Position numbers and translations under genes: made by a program. This document shows positions 45,859 through 58,368 of a DNA stretch of 64,000 nucleotides, piece by piece. Each line of letters starts with the position of its first letter. Position 1 is the stretch's first letter. The notes under the pieces were generated by a model, which saw only the letters and a program-made list of their open reading frames with translations, made no database searches and was not told the DNA's origin. Origin of the DNA: Eledone cirrhosa (taxonomy: Eukaryota); NCBI GenBank assembly GCA_964016885.1, contig OZ024741.1, positions 16,554,001 through 16,618,000 of the forward strand, in the 5' to 3' direction.

Positions 45859-46137
45859 TCATCATCATTTTACGTCCGCTTTTTCCCTGCTTGCCAGGGT
45901 GGGACTGGAACTGATTCTGGCTTGATTTCTACAGCTGGATGCCCTTCCTAACACCAACCTCATTTACAGTGAGTTGTGGGTGCTTTTTTTCCATGGCCCC
46001 TCCACGACCACTTTGCAGTGGTGTTATAGGGACCCCAGTACCTATCATCTCATTTCTACAGCTGAGTAAACTGGAGCAATGTGAAATAAAGTGTCTTGCT
46101 CAAGGACACAACACATCACATCCGGTCTGAGAATTGA
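45859..46137 (-). mobile_element. 5'-truncated copy of the CORE-like/RTE-tailed SINE
   Basis: Collinear with 39880-40142 in reverse complement. Confidence 0.85.
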
Positions 46138-46149
46138 TATATATATATA

Positions 46150-47193
46150 TCTACTATATAAATTGGAAGTGGTCGGACGTTGTATATGTAGGTGTAGTCG
46201 GATAAACGTCGAAACAGCTTGGTGGAATGCAGCGAAAATTTACACAGTTATGCAGAATGACCTGAGGAGGCGTTGGGTCGACTTTCAAGCTACAAGCTTC
46301 CATGATTACGGAGAAAATCGATGAAACTGGAATTTCCCATCCAAATTGAACTGAGAGTAATCTGAACGCAGAAGTAAATATTTCGAGAAACGTTCCAACC
46401 GAAGGAAAACAGGAAGACGATATTTTGGTTCGTGAAGACGTTCCCTGGCAATGAACGGAAAAAAAGCAAGGATAATACGTCGTTGTGGACCGAGAAGAAC
46501 AATTTCATGCAAAGACAAGACCAAGTTTATGGTATAAATGGAGTCGTTAGACTAATATTCTATTAAAAATAACAGAATGATTTCCAGCCCCAGAGTTTAA
46601 GAATGATGTAAATAAAAATGAAAATGACAGGTTATTAAAATAGTGAAAGTAAATAGTGAAGATTTAGGCCAGTACATACGTATGCCCCGACGGACATACA
46701 CATACACATACATATACATACGCACACACTAATACACCCTAATACACCCACCAACGCACACGTGCGCGCGTGTGTGTAAACCTTATGCATTTCTACAGTA
46801 TTTTCACCAAACTTAAGACATAGGTTACTTATGTACTCCGGATGGTCATGGGCACTGTCATTTTTCCAGATATTGATTATAGGGCCCCCCCCCGGCAGAT
46901 AACCCTCTTTAACCATTTCCTTGGAGTCGACTGAAGCACTGCAGTGCAATGCAACAAAACCTCATAACTTCTGGAGTTCGCAACCAATTTTCACAAAACT
47001 TGACACATGGGCTACGTTTGTTCTACAGATGAATGTGAACTCTCAGAATTGGCACATATTGAGTAGGGGACCCCTGGGGGCAGGAACCCCCTTTTGGAAA
47101 AAGCTGATGATTTTGTAAAAGTATAGTTTTCGAAGCAGCACTGAAGTATGCATAACTGCTATTTAATACCCGAGCAACGGGTACCTCTGCTAG
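46150..47193 (+). mobile_element. non-autonomous Helitron (~1.04 kb)
   Basis: 5' end A|TCTACTATATAAA; 3' hairpin tacccg-agcaa-cgggta (47167-47183) followed by CTAG|T; inserted between A and T with no TSD. Confidence 0.75.
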
Positions 47194-47234
47194 TATATAT
47201 ATGTGTGAGTTTGTCTACATACACACACACACAC

Positions 47235-47265
<31 letters not shown>

Positions 47266-47268
47266 ACA

Positions 47269-47345
47269 CAGGGTGTTCCAAAAAATGTATACACACTTTG
47301 ATTAGAATACAGTTGAAGTGTGTATACATTTTGGGGGACACCCTG
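47269..47345. mobile_element. 77-bp Tc1/mariner-type MITE
   Basis: CAGGGTGTTCCAAAAAATGTATACACACTT ... AAGTGTGTATACATTTTGGGGGACACCCTG-TA. Confidence 0.85.
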
Positions 47346-47419
47346 TATATATATATATATTACATTATCAAGTAATCTTATTTCTGGGCACCACTTGATA
47401 TTTTTTTATGAAGATTATA

Positions 47420-47700
47420 CACACACATTAATATATACACATAAAAATACATACATAAATATAGACATACATAGATACATACACACATAAAACAGACACA
47501 CTTAAATATATACATACACATAAATATACACACACAGATATAGACATACATAAGTATACGCACACATAAATATACACAGATATGGACATATATAAATATA
47601 CGCACACATAAATATATACAGATATAGACATACATAAATATATGCACACATAAATATGAACACACTTAAATACACACACACACACAGATATAGACATAAA
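47420..47700. repeat. AC-rich degenerate minisatellite (acacataaatatacacagatatagacata)
   Basis: Read directly. Confidence 0.8.
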
Positions 47701-47856
47701 TAATTATTCCATGACTATAGGAGTTATGTCTCATACCCACATACATAGCATTACTGTAATTAGAGAAATAATTATTTCTCTCTTTAGCTAATTAATGTTC
47801 TGTCCTGACCATATGCTCCAATACTTATTATTGTTATTATTTTATTATTATTGTTT

Positions 47857-48590
47857 TTGGCAGTATCGGTAGAGCGTCTGACGCCATGCTTTGCAGCATA
47901 GAGTTACGTCCCTTTATGATCTGAGTTCAAATCCCGCCGAGGTTAACTTTGCCTTTCATCCTTACAGGGTCGATAAAATAAAGTACCAGTAATGTACTGT
48001 GTAATTGCTGGCCTTGTGCCAAAAATAGAAACAATTATTGTTTTTTCCTTGTATATTTCCATACATTCCACCGAGCCCCAACCATTTTATTGTTATAAAA
48101 TATATAGTGGAGTGCACCCTTCTGTCCATGGGTACAATGTGGTTTTCCCTCCCAACATTACATTGACAATGCTATTATTATTATAATTATTATTGGTGGA
48201 TTGGCAGAATCGGTAGAGCGTTGGACACCCTACTTCACAGCATAGAGTTACGTCCCTTTATCTTCATGTTCTGAGTTCAAATCTCTAAGAGCTTAACTTT
48301 GCCTTTCATCCTTACAGGATCTCCCAAAAAATTGCTGGCCTTGTGCCTAAATCAGAAATCGTTATTATTATTGGTGTTTTCAGAATCAGTAGAGCGTCGG
48401 ATAGCATGCTTTGCAGCATTTAATTGTGGCCCTTTATACTCGGAGTTTAAATCTCGTAGTGGTTAGCTTTGCCTTTCATCCTTATGGGTCGATAAAATAA
48501 AGTACCAGTAACACACTGGTGTCGAATTAATCGACTTTCACCTTCCCTTCTTATTTCTGGCCAGGTGCTAATTGTAGAAACAATTCTTAT
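47857..48590 (+). mobile_element. three co-oriented Meta-core SINE copies (47857-48040, 48195-48368, 48372-48590)
   Basis: Each copy has the head, the gcctttcatcctta core and a gaaacaattatt-type tail. Confidence 0.85.
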
Positions 48591-48802
48591 CAAGGTGTCA
48601 TAGTATATCTAGGACTACAATATCTAATTATCCTTCCATGTTTAAGACTATAGGGTGTGATTTGTGCGAGATTTGACTGTTATTGTTGTAGGTGTTATTG
48701 TTTGTTGGATGTGGTATGTTTATGTGTATCAATGATGAAACACATGCTAGTTGAAGGAAAACCTATCTTCTGTGTCAGTGCATTACCAACTTACAGGTTT
48801 AA

Positions 48803-49187
48803 CCCATTAACATTCATATTACTCTATATATTATTATATTTTTGTGGGAAAGGCTTTATCATACATAATTATCTCACATATTATGGAATCTACGAAATTT
48901 GCATATTATTTATTTTGAGAATAAAACCTGAACATGAGTGGCCAGTTACAGCTGGTTTGAACAGAAAGAGGTGAGAGAATTCTGGCCGGATATGGCCAGT
49001 TTAACATTTACATTACTCTATATTTACTATTGTATTTTTACCGTAATTATCTCACATGCTATCAAATCTAAGATAATATTTATTTTGAGAACAATACCTT
49101 AATATAAGTATGAACAGCCGGTTACAGCTGGTTTGAACAGAAAGAGGTGAGGGCTGGCTGGATATGACCAGTTTATATGCTAAAGGG
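48803..49187. mobile_element. piggyBac-like MITE with an internal tandem duplication
   Basis: TTAA-CCCATTAACATT ... ATATGCTAAAGGG-TTAA; the internal gttacagctggtttgaacagaaagaggtgag occurs twice; a related end lies at 54188. Confidence 0.75.
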
Positions 49188-50309
49188 TTAAGTAGAACAG
49201 CTGCTATGATCATATGTAGAACAAGACCAACAACCAAGTCTATAATGGAAATTTAACCACTACTTTCTTGTAGAAGGGAAGTGTGGCAAGTCGTATCAGT
49301 CCATAATGAAACAGTATGTTGAAAATGTCTAAAACATTTGAGGGCAGGAATATTCCTCTTTGGTCAAGCCCTCATTAACTTCTTCAAGTACCACTTGAAG
49401 AGGGAGGTGCTACATTTTAATGTTTTATGAAAGATGGGTGGGAGAGCAGTGAGATTGACACGGCTGAATGTCTCTACACTGTGTTTACAAAGAGCAGGCT
49501 AGAAACTGGGAAAGAGTAGTTTGAATACCAGTGAGATGATGGAATAATCCAGGGTTTTGTGTGGTTTTCCCTGGAGTTACCCTCAGATGTTATTCCTTCA
49601 TATTGAGCGACTTTTAATGTTATATTGTTTTGGTATCATCATCAACATCACTGTTTAACGGCCATTTCTCCACTGTAGCATTGATTAGGTGAGTTGTCCC
49701 ATTTGAGACAAGTCGGGTCAAGTGATCCCACCACCTCTACCCCCACCCCCCACCCCCACCCCTCTATCCCTCCCCCACCACCTCTACCCCCACCCACTTT
49801 CCATTCCAATGAGAAAGGTTAAAAAGGTGAATCACAGATGTATGTTAAACAATGTTGCTGTATAAATGTTCTTTTTTGACAAACTAGATGTTAAAGGTCA
49901 ACAGTTACTGGTCAACAGGTCAATAAAGACAATAGACTCTGTTACAAACTTTCCCTGTTTACCTCCTTTCTTATGGTGGTGGGTAGTGGTGGTGGTGGTG
50001 GTGTTGTTGATGGTGGTGGTGATGGCAGTGGTGGTGGTGTTGGTGGTGGTGGTGTGTTTTATGAAAGATGTATGAAAGCAGTGAGATTGACATGACAAGG
50101 TTCTATGGCCCTGATCTAACTTATCTCGTAACAGGACAACATGTCTAACCCATGCTAGCATGGAAAAAGTGGACATTAAGCGATGATGATAATGATGGAA
50201 GTTGTGTGGGGTTTTCTTTGGAATTATACTAAAGTGCTGTCCGGCCCTTATTGGGGAATTATTCCTAGTTGACATTAGTCATTGTTTTGTATTGTTATTG
50301 TTATTATTA

Positions 50310-50935
50310 CTTACGTCCCTTTACGTTCTACGTTCAAATCCTGTTGAGGTTAGCTTTGCCTTTCATCTTTACGGGGGTTGATAAAATAAAGTACCAGTCA
50401 CGTGCTGGTGTCGATTTAATCGACTTTTCCCTCCCCCAAAATTGCTGGCCTTGTGTCTATATAAGAAACCATGGATTGGCAGTATCGGTCAAGAGTCGGA
50501 TACCATGCTTTGAAGCATAGAGTTACGTCCCTTTACAAACTGAGTTCAATCCCGCCAAGGTTAACTTTGCTTTTCATCCTTACGGGGTCGATAAAATAAA
50601 GTACCAGTAATGTACTGCGTAATTGCTGGCCTTGTGCTAAAAATAGAAACAATTATTATTTATTAAGGGCGGTGGATTGGCAGTATCAGTAGAGGGCTGG
50701 ACGTCATGCTTTCCAGCATAGTTACGCCCCTTTACAAACTGAGTTCAAATCCCGCCAAGGTTAACTTTGCTTTTCATCCTTACGTGGTTGATAAAATAAA
50801 GTACTAGTAATGTAGTGGGTAATTGCTGGCCTTGTGCCAAATGTAGAAACAATTATTATTATTTATTTGAGTTGTTGGAGCATTGGATGTTCCAGCTCTC
50901 TGAACTCTGACCTCAAATCCTGTTGAGGTCGTCTT
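50310..50935 (+). mobile_element. head-to-tail array of 3 Meta-core SINEs plus a degenerate fourth
   Basis: Copies at ~50310-50468, 50472-50662, 50668-50862 and 50875-50935. Confidence 0.85.
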
Positions 50936-51672
50936 TGTAATACCTGCAACAACACAGTGTGTCAAATGGTGAGAGGTAGAAAAATAGATATATGAATTGA
51001 TGGCTAGATAAATAGGTGGATAGCTTGATAGGCAAGTAGGTGGTGACATCGATACATAGATAGTTATTAAGTGTTCATAATTAGTTAAATAAATAAGTTT
51101 TAAAAAGGGGGAAGATGTAAAGTAGGGCAGATCTGGCTGTATAGGAAAGTAACTATAAATACCATAAAGGAAAGGACTAAAAATACCATAAATGAGAGAA
51201 AAGGGAGGGAAAGAGCAAGGACTATTAGGGCACAGAAGAAAAAGAGGGGCAAGGAGAGAGGGTAACAGGCTCTAGGTCGGGTTAGTTGTTTCTTTTTCAT
51301 TACTTATATAATAATGAAAACTTAATGATTTAAATAACAAAAAAGATAGTTAGTAGTATAGATATATAAGTAGGTGGATAGATAGGTAAATAGAAAGATA
51401 AATAGATAATCAAACATATAGAGATATAAGTAGAGATAGATAGACAAACAGACATGGACTACTGATAGAAAGACTGGCAGATAAATAGACAGCTTGATAG
51501 ATCTATAAAGAAGTGACTCAGTAGTATATAAAGGAAGTATGAGGGGCCAGAGTTGTTGTGAGGGATGGAAGAATGGTATGAAGTGTTGTGAAGTTGAAGC
51601 TGACATTTTAGCAGCTGTGATGAGTCATAAGAATTGGTTATGCCACTGCTTGGCAGACACAGACACAGCTTT

Positions 51673-51980
51673 TCTACCACTGCCACCACTACCACAGCCT
51701 CCACCACCACCACCACCACCACCACCACTACCACAGCCTCTACCACCACAGCTTTTCTACCACTAACACTGCCTTCACCACCACCTCCACTACTGCCACA
51801 GCCACAATAACCTCTACTACTACCTCCGCCACCGCTATCACTGCCGTCACCACTATCACTACCGGCACCACTATCACCACCATCACTACCACATCTACTA
51901 CTACCTCCACCACCACCATTACTACCATCACCACAACACCTCAACCTCCACCACTACTACCACCAACACTACCATCATAA
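51673..51980. repeat. degenerate (CCA/CTA)n trinucleotide repeat
   Basis: Read directly. Confidence 0.9.
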
Positions 51981-52249
51981 CATACTGGCTTTGTCTGACA
52001 ATAAACTAAATTAAATAAGCCAATCCAAGAAATCATATATTATATCATCAGTTTTACATCCGCCTCCCATGTTGGCATGGGTTGGACAGATTGTTATGGA
52101 CCCTGTCAGTACTTATTCAGACTACCCCTCCCCCTCAAAAGAACACCTTCACCACAACAATTATCTTAAACCCTTTGTTACAATAACACACTGTGTATGT
52201 TGTTCAAATAATTTTGAAAATAACCAAATATTTGGAAGGATTTAGAAGT

Positions 52250-52298
52250 ATACTCTTTTACCTGTTCCAGCCATCCGTCTGAGGACATGCTGGGGCAG
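52250..52298 (-). mobile_element. ~50-bp 3' terminal fragment of the CR1/L2-like LINE at 1-1185
   Basis: Reverse complement ccagcatgtcctcagacggatggctggaacaggtaaaagagta matches 1128-1170. Confidence 0.8.
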
Positions 52299-52325
52299 CT
52301 AACGTTCTTATTCTAAAACTGGTGA

Positions 52326-52487
52326 GGGCAGTGGATTGGCAGGATCGGTAGAGCGTCGGGCAACGTTTTATGGCAGAGTTACGTCCTCTTAAGTTCTGAA
52401 TTCAAATCCCGCCGAGGTTAGCTTAGCCTTTCTTCCTTATGGAGTTGATAAAATAAAGTACCAGTAATGAACTGGGGTTGATTTAAT
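52326..52487 (+). mobile_element. Meta-core SINE
   Basis: Head and core as in the other copies. Confidence 0.8.
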
Positions 52488-53350
52488 CAGCTGCTACATG
52501 TGAAGCCTACATTCTTAGTTAAGCTTCCTGAGATCCCGCTACATCTCTTGTGTACCCATTGTTTGCATTTGGGGCAGAGAATGGAGTTCCTATTTACACC
52601 TTTCCTACATACTGAGCAAGGCCATTTCCCTGAAGGGATCTGGGTTCTGTTTTCTTGTCTACTTACAAGGACTTTAGTCTTTGTCAGGTTGACTTTGAGA
52701 CCCTTTCTTTCTAGCCCCTGCTTCCAAGTTGGGAATTTCTTCTCTAATTCTACCATAGACTACCATAGATTCAGCTATGAGTGCGAGGTCATCTGCATAC
52801 AGGAGTTCCCATGGGCATCCGGTCTTAAACTCCTCCGTTATTGCATGCAGGACTATGATGAACAGGAGAGAGCTAAGAATAGAGCCCTGGTAGACACCGA
52901 CCTGTACGCTAAATTCCTCGCTATTACTCATTGCTAATCCTAACTTTGCTGACTTCTCCCCTATACATGGCTTGTACCGCTTTCACAAGCCATTCATCTA
53001 CTCCTAGTTTTCTAAGAGCCCACCAGACTACAGCACGTGGAACTCTGTCAAAGGCTTTCTCGAGATCAACGAATGCCAGGTAGAGTGGCTTACTTTTAGC
53101 CAGGTACTTTTCCTGTAACTGCCTCACAAAGAAGAGGGCATCAGTGGTGCCTCTTCCTGGCACAAACCCAAATTGCATCTCATCTAGTTTCACCCGGTCC
53201 CTAATCAACTGTGCTATAATATAACTCTTTCTGTTACTTTCATGACCTGGTCCATCAGCTTTATACCGCTATAGTTTCCTCTATCTAGTGCATCACCTTT
53301 ACCTTTGTAGCAGTTGACAATGATGCTACTGCACCAATCCTTTGGTATGC
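52488..53350 (-). mobile_element. internal RT fragment of PHD-RTE family B, disrupted
   Basis: ORFs 52487-52756, 52674-52931 and 52924-53208 closely match the 55881-58142 protein; a 10-bp duplication (ctaccataga) and other frameshifts break the frame. Confidence 0.9.
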
Positions 53351-53371
53351 ACCATATATATATATATATAG

Positions 53372-53587
53372 AATCATTGGAACATCTGACTGATAAAATG
53401 ACAAGTCAGTCAATCATATTGGTGGCCTCCCCACAGCCCTGGGGGACAGAATGGAGAAGGTGTTTCCCCGGAAGACGGCAAGGGAGACACGCTGGAAAAG
53501 CCATTCCAGCTCGTGAGGCTCACACCTGCGGTTGGTCAGCTCAGCGCCTGTGGTGGTGAGTAGGGAGGTAGCCCTAGGGCCGAGGGC
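53372..53587 (-). mobile_element. CRE-like 3' fragment
   Basis: Reverse complement matches 39090-39280, including ccaatatgattgactgacttgtcattt. Confidence 0.8.
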
Positions 53588-53591
53588 AATA

Positions 53592-53700
53592 CAGTGGAAC
53601 CTTGGTTCATAAAACTTAATTCATTCCTGAAGGCTGTTCATCACCTGAAATGTTTGAAATATTCATAAACCAAAACTATTTTCTGATATGAAATGTTGAG
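53592..53700 (+). mobile_element. pogo/Tigger-like MITE end
   Basis: TA-CAGTGGAACCTTGGTTC..acttaattcattcc; a related opposite end (ttcgtgacccgaggttc) lies at ~32195-32210. Confidence 0.55.
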
Positions 53701-54187
53701 AGACTAATGTTGTTTTCAGGGTGCAGCTGAAACACCATCTGATATAAATGTAGAGTCTGTCAAACCCCGCCCCTCCACCTGTCTTTTGTCACCCAATAAT
53801 CCTTGCTCTGTCTCTCTTTTCCTCTTATTTATAGCATTTATAGTCCTTTCCAATACTAACTTGTTCTATATATATTTGACTAAATATTAAATTGTTTATT
53901 ATTTTTATATAATTTCATCTTAGAAATATATTCGAGTATTTTGAAATAAAATTCCCAATACCAAAACTGTTTCTGGTCCTAATAAACAAAGCCACCCATT
54001 TTAAAGGGTTTAAATTAAAATCATTAAAATCATTCAACAGAATTTGATATAAAGACCTTTACTTAAAGTTATTTTACTAATTTTAATATATCCCACAACA
54101 TCTTTCATTAATTAATTTAAACAGTGTTTGTTATTAGAAATATGGTAATGAAAGGGGTAACATCATCATATCATCATCACCGGTTAA

Positions 54188-54298
54188 CCCTTTAGCATTT
54201 AAACTGGCTGTATCCGGCCAGAATTCTCTCACCACTTTCTGTTCAAACCAGCTGTAACTAGCTGTTCATACTAATGTTAAGGTATGTTTCTCAAAATA
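54188..54298. mobile_element. piggyBac-like MITE end
   Basis: TTAA-CCCTTTAGCATTTAAACTGG; reverse complement of 49080-49187. Confidence 0.75.
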
Positions 54299-54299
54299 A

Positions 54300-54830
54300 C
54301 CCCACCACCACCACCAAAATACCGCCACCACCACAATACCGCCACCACCACAATACCACCACCACCACAATACCACCACCACCACTGTAACCCCACCACC
54401 ACAATACCACCACCACCACTGTAACCCCACTACCACAATACCACCACCACCACCACACTACCACCACCACCACTGTAACCCCACCACCACAATACCACCA
54501 CCACTGTAACCCCACCACCACAATACCACCACCACCACCACCACTGTAACCCCACCACTACAATACCACCACCACCACCACTGTAACCCCACCACCACAA
54601 TACCACCACCACCACCGTAACCCCACCACCACAATACCACCACCACCACCACTGTAACCCCACCACCACAATACCACCACCACTATAACCACAATACCAC
54701 CACCACCACCACCACCACTGTAACCCCACCACCACCACCACCACCACCACTGTAACCACAATACCACCACCACCACCACCACAACTGTAACCCCACCACC
54801 ACAATACCACCACCACCACCACAACATCAC
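54300..54830. repeat. (CCA)n-derived minisatellite with ACAATA and CTGTAACC punctuation (~27-36-bp unit)
   Basis: Read directly. Confidence 0.9.
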
Positions 54831-55086
54831 TATCAAAATAAAGATCTGTCATTCAACAGAAATATCCCAAGTGTTATGTGTAAATGTCAGTGTTTGTTTC
54901 ATTAGAAAAGGTTGAAATTTGGTGTCTCTCTCTCTCTCACTTCTTCTCTCACTCTCTCTCTCTCTCTCTCTCTCTTACTCACTTCTTCTCTCTCTCTCTC
55001 TCTCTAATCATCATCATTTTATGTGTGTGTATGTATAAATTTATGTATATATATAAATGTATGTGGGTATATGTATTTGTGTGTGT

Positions 55087-55087
<1 letters not shown>

Positions 55088-55127
<40 letters not shown>

Positions 55128-55128
55128 A

Positions 55129-55165
<37 letters not shown>

Positions 55166-55483
55166 CATGTGTGTGTGTAGTATATATATATATGTGTGTG
55201 TAGTATATATATATATATATATATATGTATGTAGTATATATATATATATATATATATGTATGTAGTATATATATATATATGTGTGTGTGTAGTATATATA
55301 TATATATGTGTGTGTGTGTAGTATATATATATATATGTGTGTGTATATATATATATATATATGTGTGTGTGTAGTATATATATATATATATATGTGTGTG
55401 TAGTATATATATATATGTGTGTGTAGTATATATATATATATATATGTGTGTGTAGTATATATATATATATGTATGTGTGTGTA

Positions 55484-55519
<36 letters not shown>

Positions 55520-55526
55520 TGTGTAG

Positions 55527-55559
<33 letters not shown>

Positions 55560-55574
55560 AGTATATATATATAT
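55088..55574. repeat. compound [(TA)n(TG)mTAG] microsatellite; continues at 58128-58420
   Basis: The same punctuation occurs on both sides of the RTE insertion. Confidence 0.95.
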
Positions 55575-58127
55575 CATCATCATCATCATCACCGTTTTAC
55601 GTCCGTTCTTCCACGCTAGCATGGGTTAGACGGGTTGTCCTGTTGTGGGCAGTGTCTGGTCGGCTGACCATGCCTTGCTCATACAGGAACTGATCTGGCT
55701 TGATTTCTACAGCTGGATGCCCTTCCTAACACCAACCTCATTTACAGTGAGTGCTGGGTGCTTTTTCGTGGCGCCTATACGTCCACTTTACAGTGTGGGC
55801 TGGGTGCTTTTTTGCCGTGGCACCTCCACGACCACCTTGCGGTGGGGGGGGGGGGGGGGGGGGCATATTGTTTATATGCTTCAGCATGTACCCATGGGAG
55901 GTCGGGTACCCTCTATTACTGCGCGACGCCAGAAGTCACGGTCGTGTGTCATTGACTTTGAGAGGTGTAGTTGGGTAAGGTCGGCTTTTATCACCTCATC
56001 CCAAGTCATCTTGGGTCTCCCCACTCCGCGGTTTCCATCAACTTCTAGTGCTCTGCACCTTTTTATGCAGCTGTCATCCTTCATACGCATCACATGTCCA
56101 TACCAGCGTAACCGCCTCTCCTGCACGCAGCATTTGATTCCTCTTATGCTCAGTCTCTCTCTCAATTCCTTTATGCTTTGTCGTTCACGTATATTACTGT
56201 TACACATCCATCGGAGCATGCAGGCTTCGTTTCTCTCTAATCTACGTAAGTCTTCCACCTTCAGCGCCCAGGTCTCACTACCATGCAACATCGCTGTTCG
56301 GATACACGCATCATACAGTCTGCCTTTCATTCTGAGGGAGAAGCCTTTTGCAGCTAGCAGTGGTAGTAGTTCCCTAAACTTCTTCCATCCCGTTCTTACC
56401 CTAGTTATTGTACTTTCTGAGCACCCACCTCCGTTGCTAATTCGGTCACCTAGGTAGCAGAAGCTGTCTACTGTTTCTACAGGGCCCTCCCAGAGATTGG
56501 TGGTACTTGTTTCCTGTGGCTGTTTGCTTGCTGTTTCAGCACAGCTGCTGCATGTGAATCCTACATTCTTAATTAAGCTTCCTGAGATCCCGCTACATCT
56601 CTTGTGTACCCATTGTTTGCATTTGGGGCAGAGAATGGAGTTCCTACCTACACCTTTCCTACATACTGAGCAAGGCCATTTCCCTGAGGGGATCTGGGTT
56701 CTGTTTTCTCGTCTACTTATAAGGACCTTAGTCTTTGTCATGCTGACTTTGAGGCCCTTTCTCTCTAGTCCCTGCTTCCAGGTTTGGAATTTATTCTCTA
56801 GTTCTACCATAGATTCAGCTATGAGTGCGAGGTCATCAGCATACAGGAGTTCCCATGGGCATCCGGTCTTAAACTCCTCCGTTATTGCCTGCAGGACTAT
56901 GATGAACAGGAGAGGGCTAAGAACAGAGCCCTGGTGGACCCCAACCTGTACGCTAAATTCCTCGCTATACTCATTGCCAATCCTAACTTTGCTGACTGCT
57001 CCCCTATACATGGCTTGTACCGCTTTCACAAGCCATTCATCTACTCCTAGTTTTCTAAGAGCCCACCAGATTACAGCACGTGGAACTCTGTCAAAGGCTT
57101 TCTCAAGGTCGACAAATGCCAAGTAGAGTGGCTTACTTTTAGCTAGGTACTTTTCCTGTAATTGCCTCACAAGGAAGAGGGCATCAGTGGTGCTTCTTCC
57201 TGGTACAAACCCAAATTGCATCTCGTCTATATTCACCCGGTCCCTAATCAGCTGTGCTATAACTCTTTCTGTTACTTTCATGACCTGGCCCATCAACTTT
57301 ATACCTTTATAGTTTCCTCTATCTAGTGCATCGCCTTTACCTTTGTAGCAGTTGACAATGATGCTACTGCACCAATCTTTTGGTATGGCCCCCTCTAGTA
57401 TTACCTGGTTAACGATACGTGTGGTTATAGTGTGACCTACAGACCCAGATGCCTTCAGCATCTCGGCAGCTATACCCGATGGACCGGTTGCCTTCCCTAT
57501 CTTCATATCTCTGATTGCCTTACTTACTACGCTGCCGCTGACTTGTACTGCTGGTCCCTCTATAGGGTCTACGTGGGGTAGGGTCTCTTCTTCCCATGCA
57601 TTCTTCTCATTTAGTAATCTATCATAATGACTCTTCCATGCATCTTTCTTCTCAGCACTTGTGAGGGCAAGCTCACCTTTATCATTCCGGATACACTTCT
57701 CTCCAATGACATCACAACTATCTCTGACACACTGCCTCGCAATCTTGAATACCTCCTGTTTCTGGTCCTCACGTTGTAAAACATGCTTGAATTTTCTATC
57801 CTCTGCTTCCCTCCTAGCTAAGTATACTTGTCGCCTAGCTTCCCTCTTGGTCTCTATGTAATGTACCCTGCTCCCCCCGTTCTTCCATTCTTTCCATGCC
57901 TGTCTCTTGGCCTTGACTGCTTCATCTACCTTATTGTTCCACAACCAAGTCACTCTCCTCCTGCTTGAGGTCTTACTCCAGCCACAAACCTCATCCGTCG
58001 CCTCTAGTAAGTTATTTTTTAGGAACTCCCAGTTCTCTTCTACGTTAAATGTCTCTATCTGTTCTTCTTTACTGTCGTAGGCGTTGAGTAAAATATCTTT
58101 AAATCTGTTACTGGTTGAGGGGACTTT
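55575..58127 (-). mobile_element. 5'-truncated RTE LINE (family B): open linker and RT with PHD-like finger, ~300-nt 3' UTR and (TGA)n tail
   Basis: 753-aa ORF 55881-58142 with DLEKAFD, QGSVLSP, LYADDL and FCYLG; the endonuclease domain is absent. Confidence 0.95.
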
Positions 58128-58194
<67 letters not shown>

Positions 58195-58195
58195 A

Positions 58196-58235
<40 letters not shown>

Positions 58236-58239
58236 AGTT

Positions 58240-58331
<92 letters not shown>

Positions 58332-58335
58332 AGTT

Positions 58336-58368
<33 letters not shown>

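Noticed and set aside
47100-47140. Plus-strand CTGATGA as a hammerhead core
   Set aside because: No paired stem II or GAAA-NUH arrangement.
51459-51944. Gly/Ser-rich and Pro-rich ORFs
   Set aside because: They derive from (CCA)n repeats, with no splice or domain support.
55645-57126. 200-270-aa ORFs antisense to RTE RT (also 61098-61718 and 44160-44660)
   Set aside because: Shadow frames of the RT coding strand with no independent motifs.
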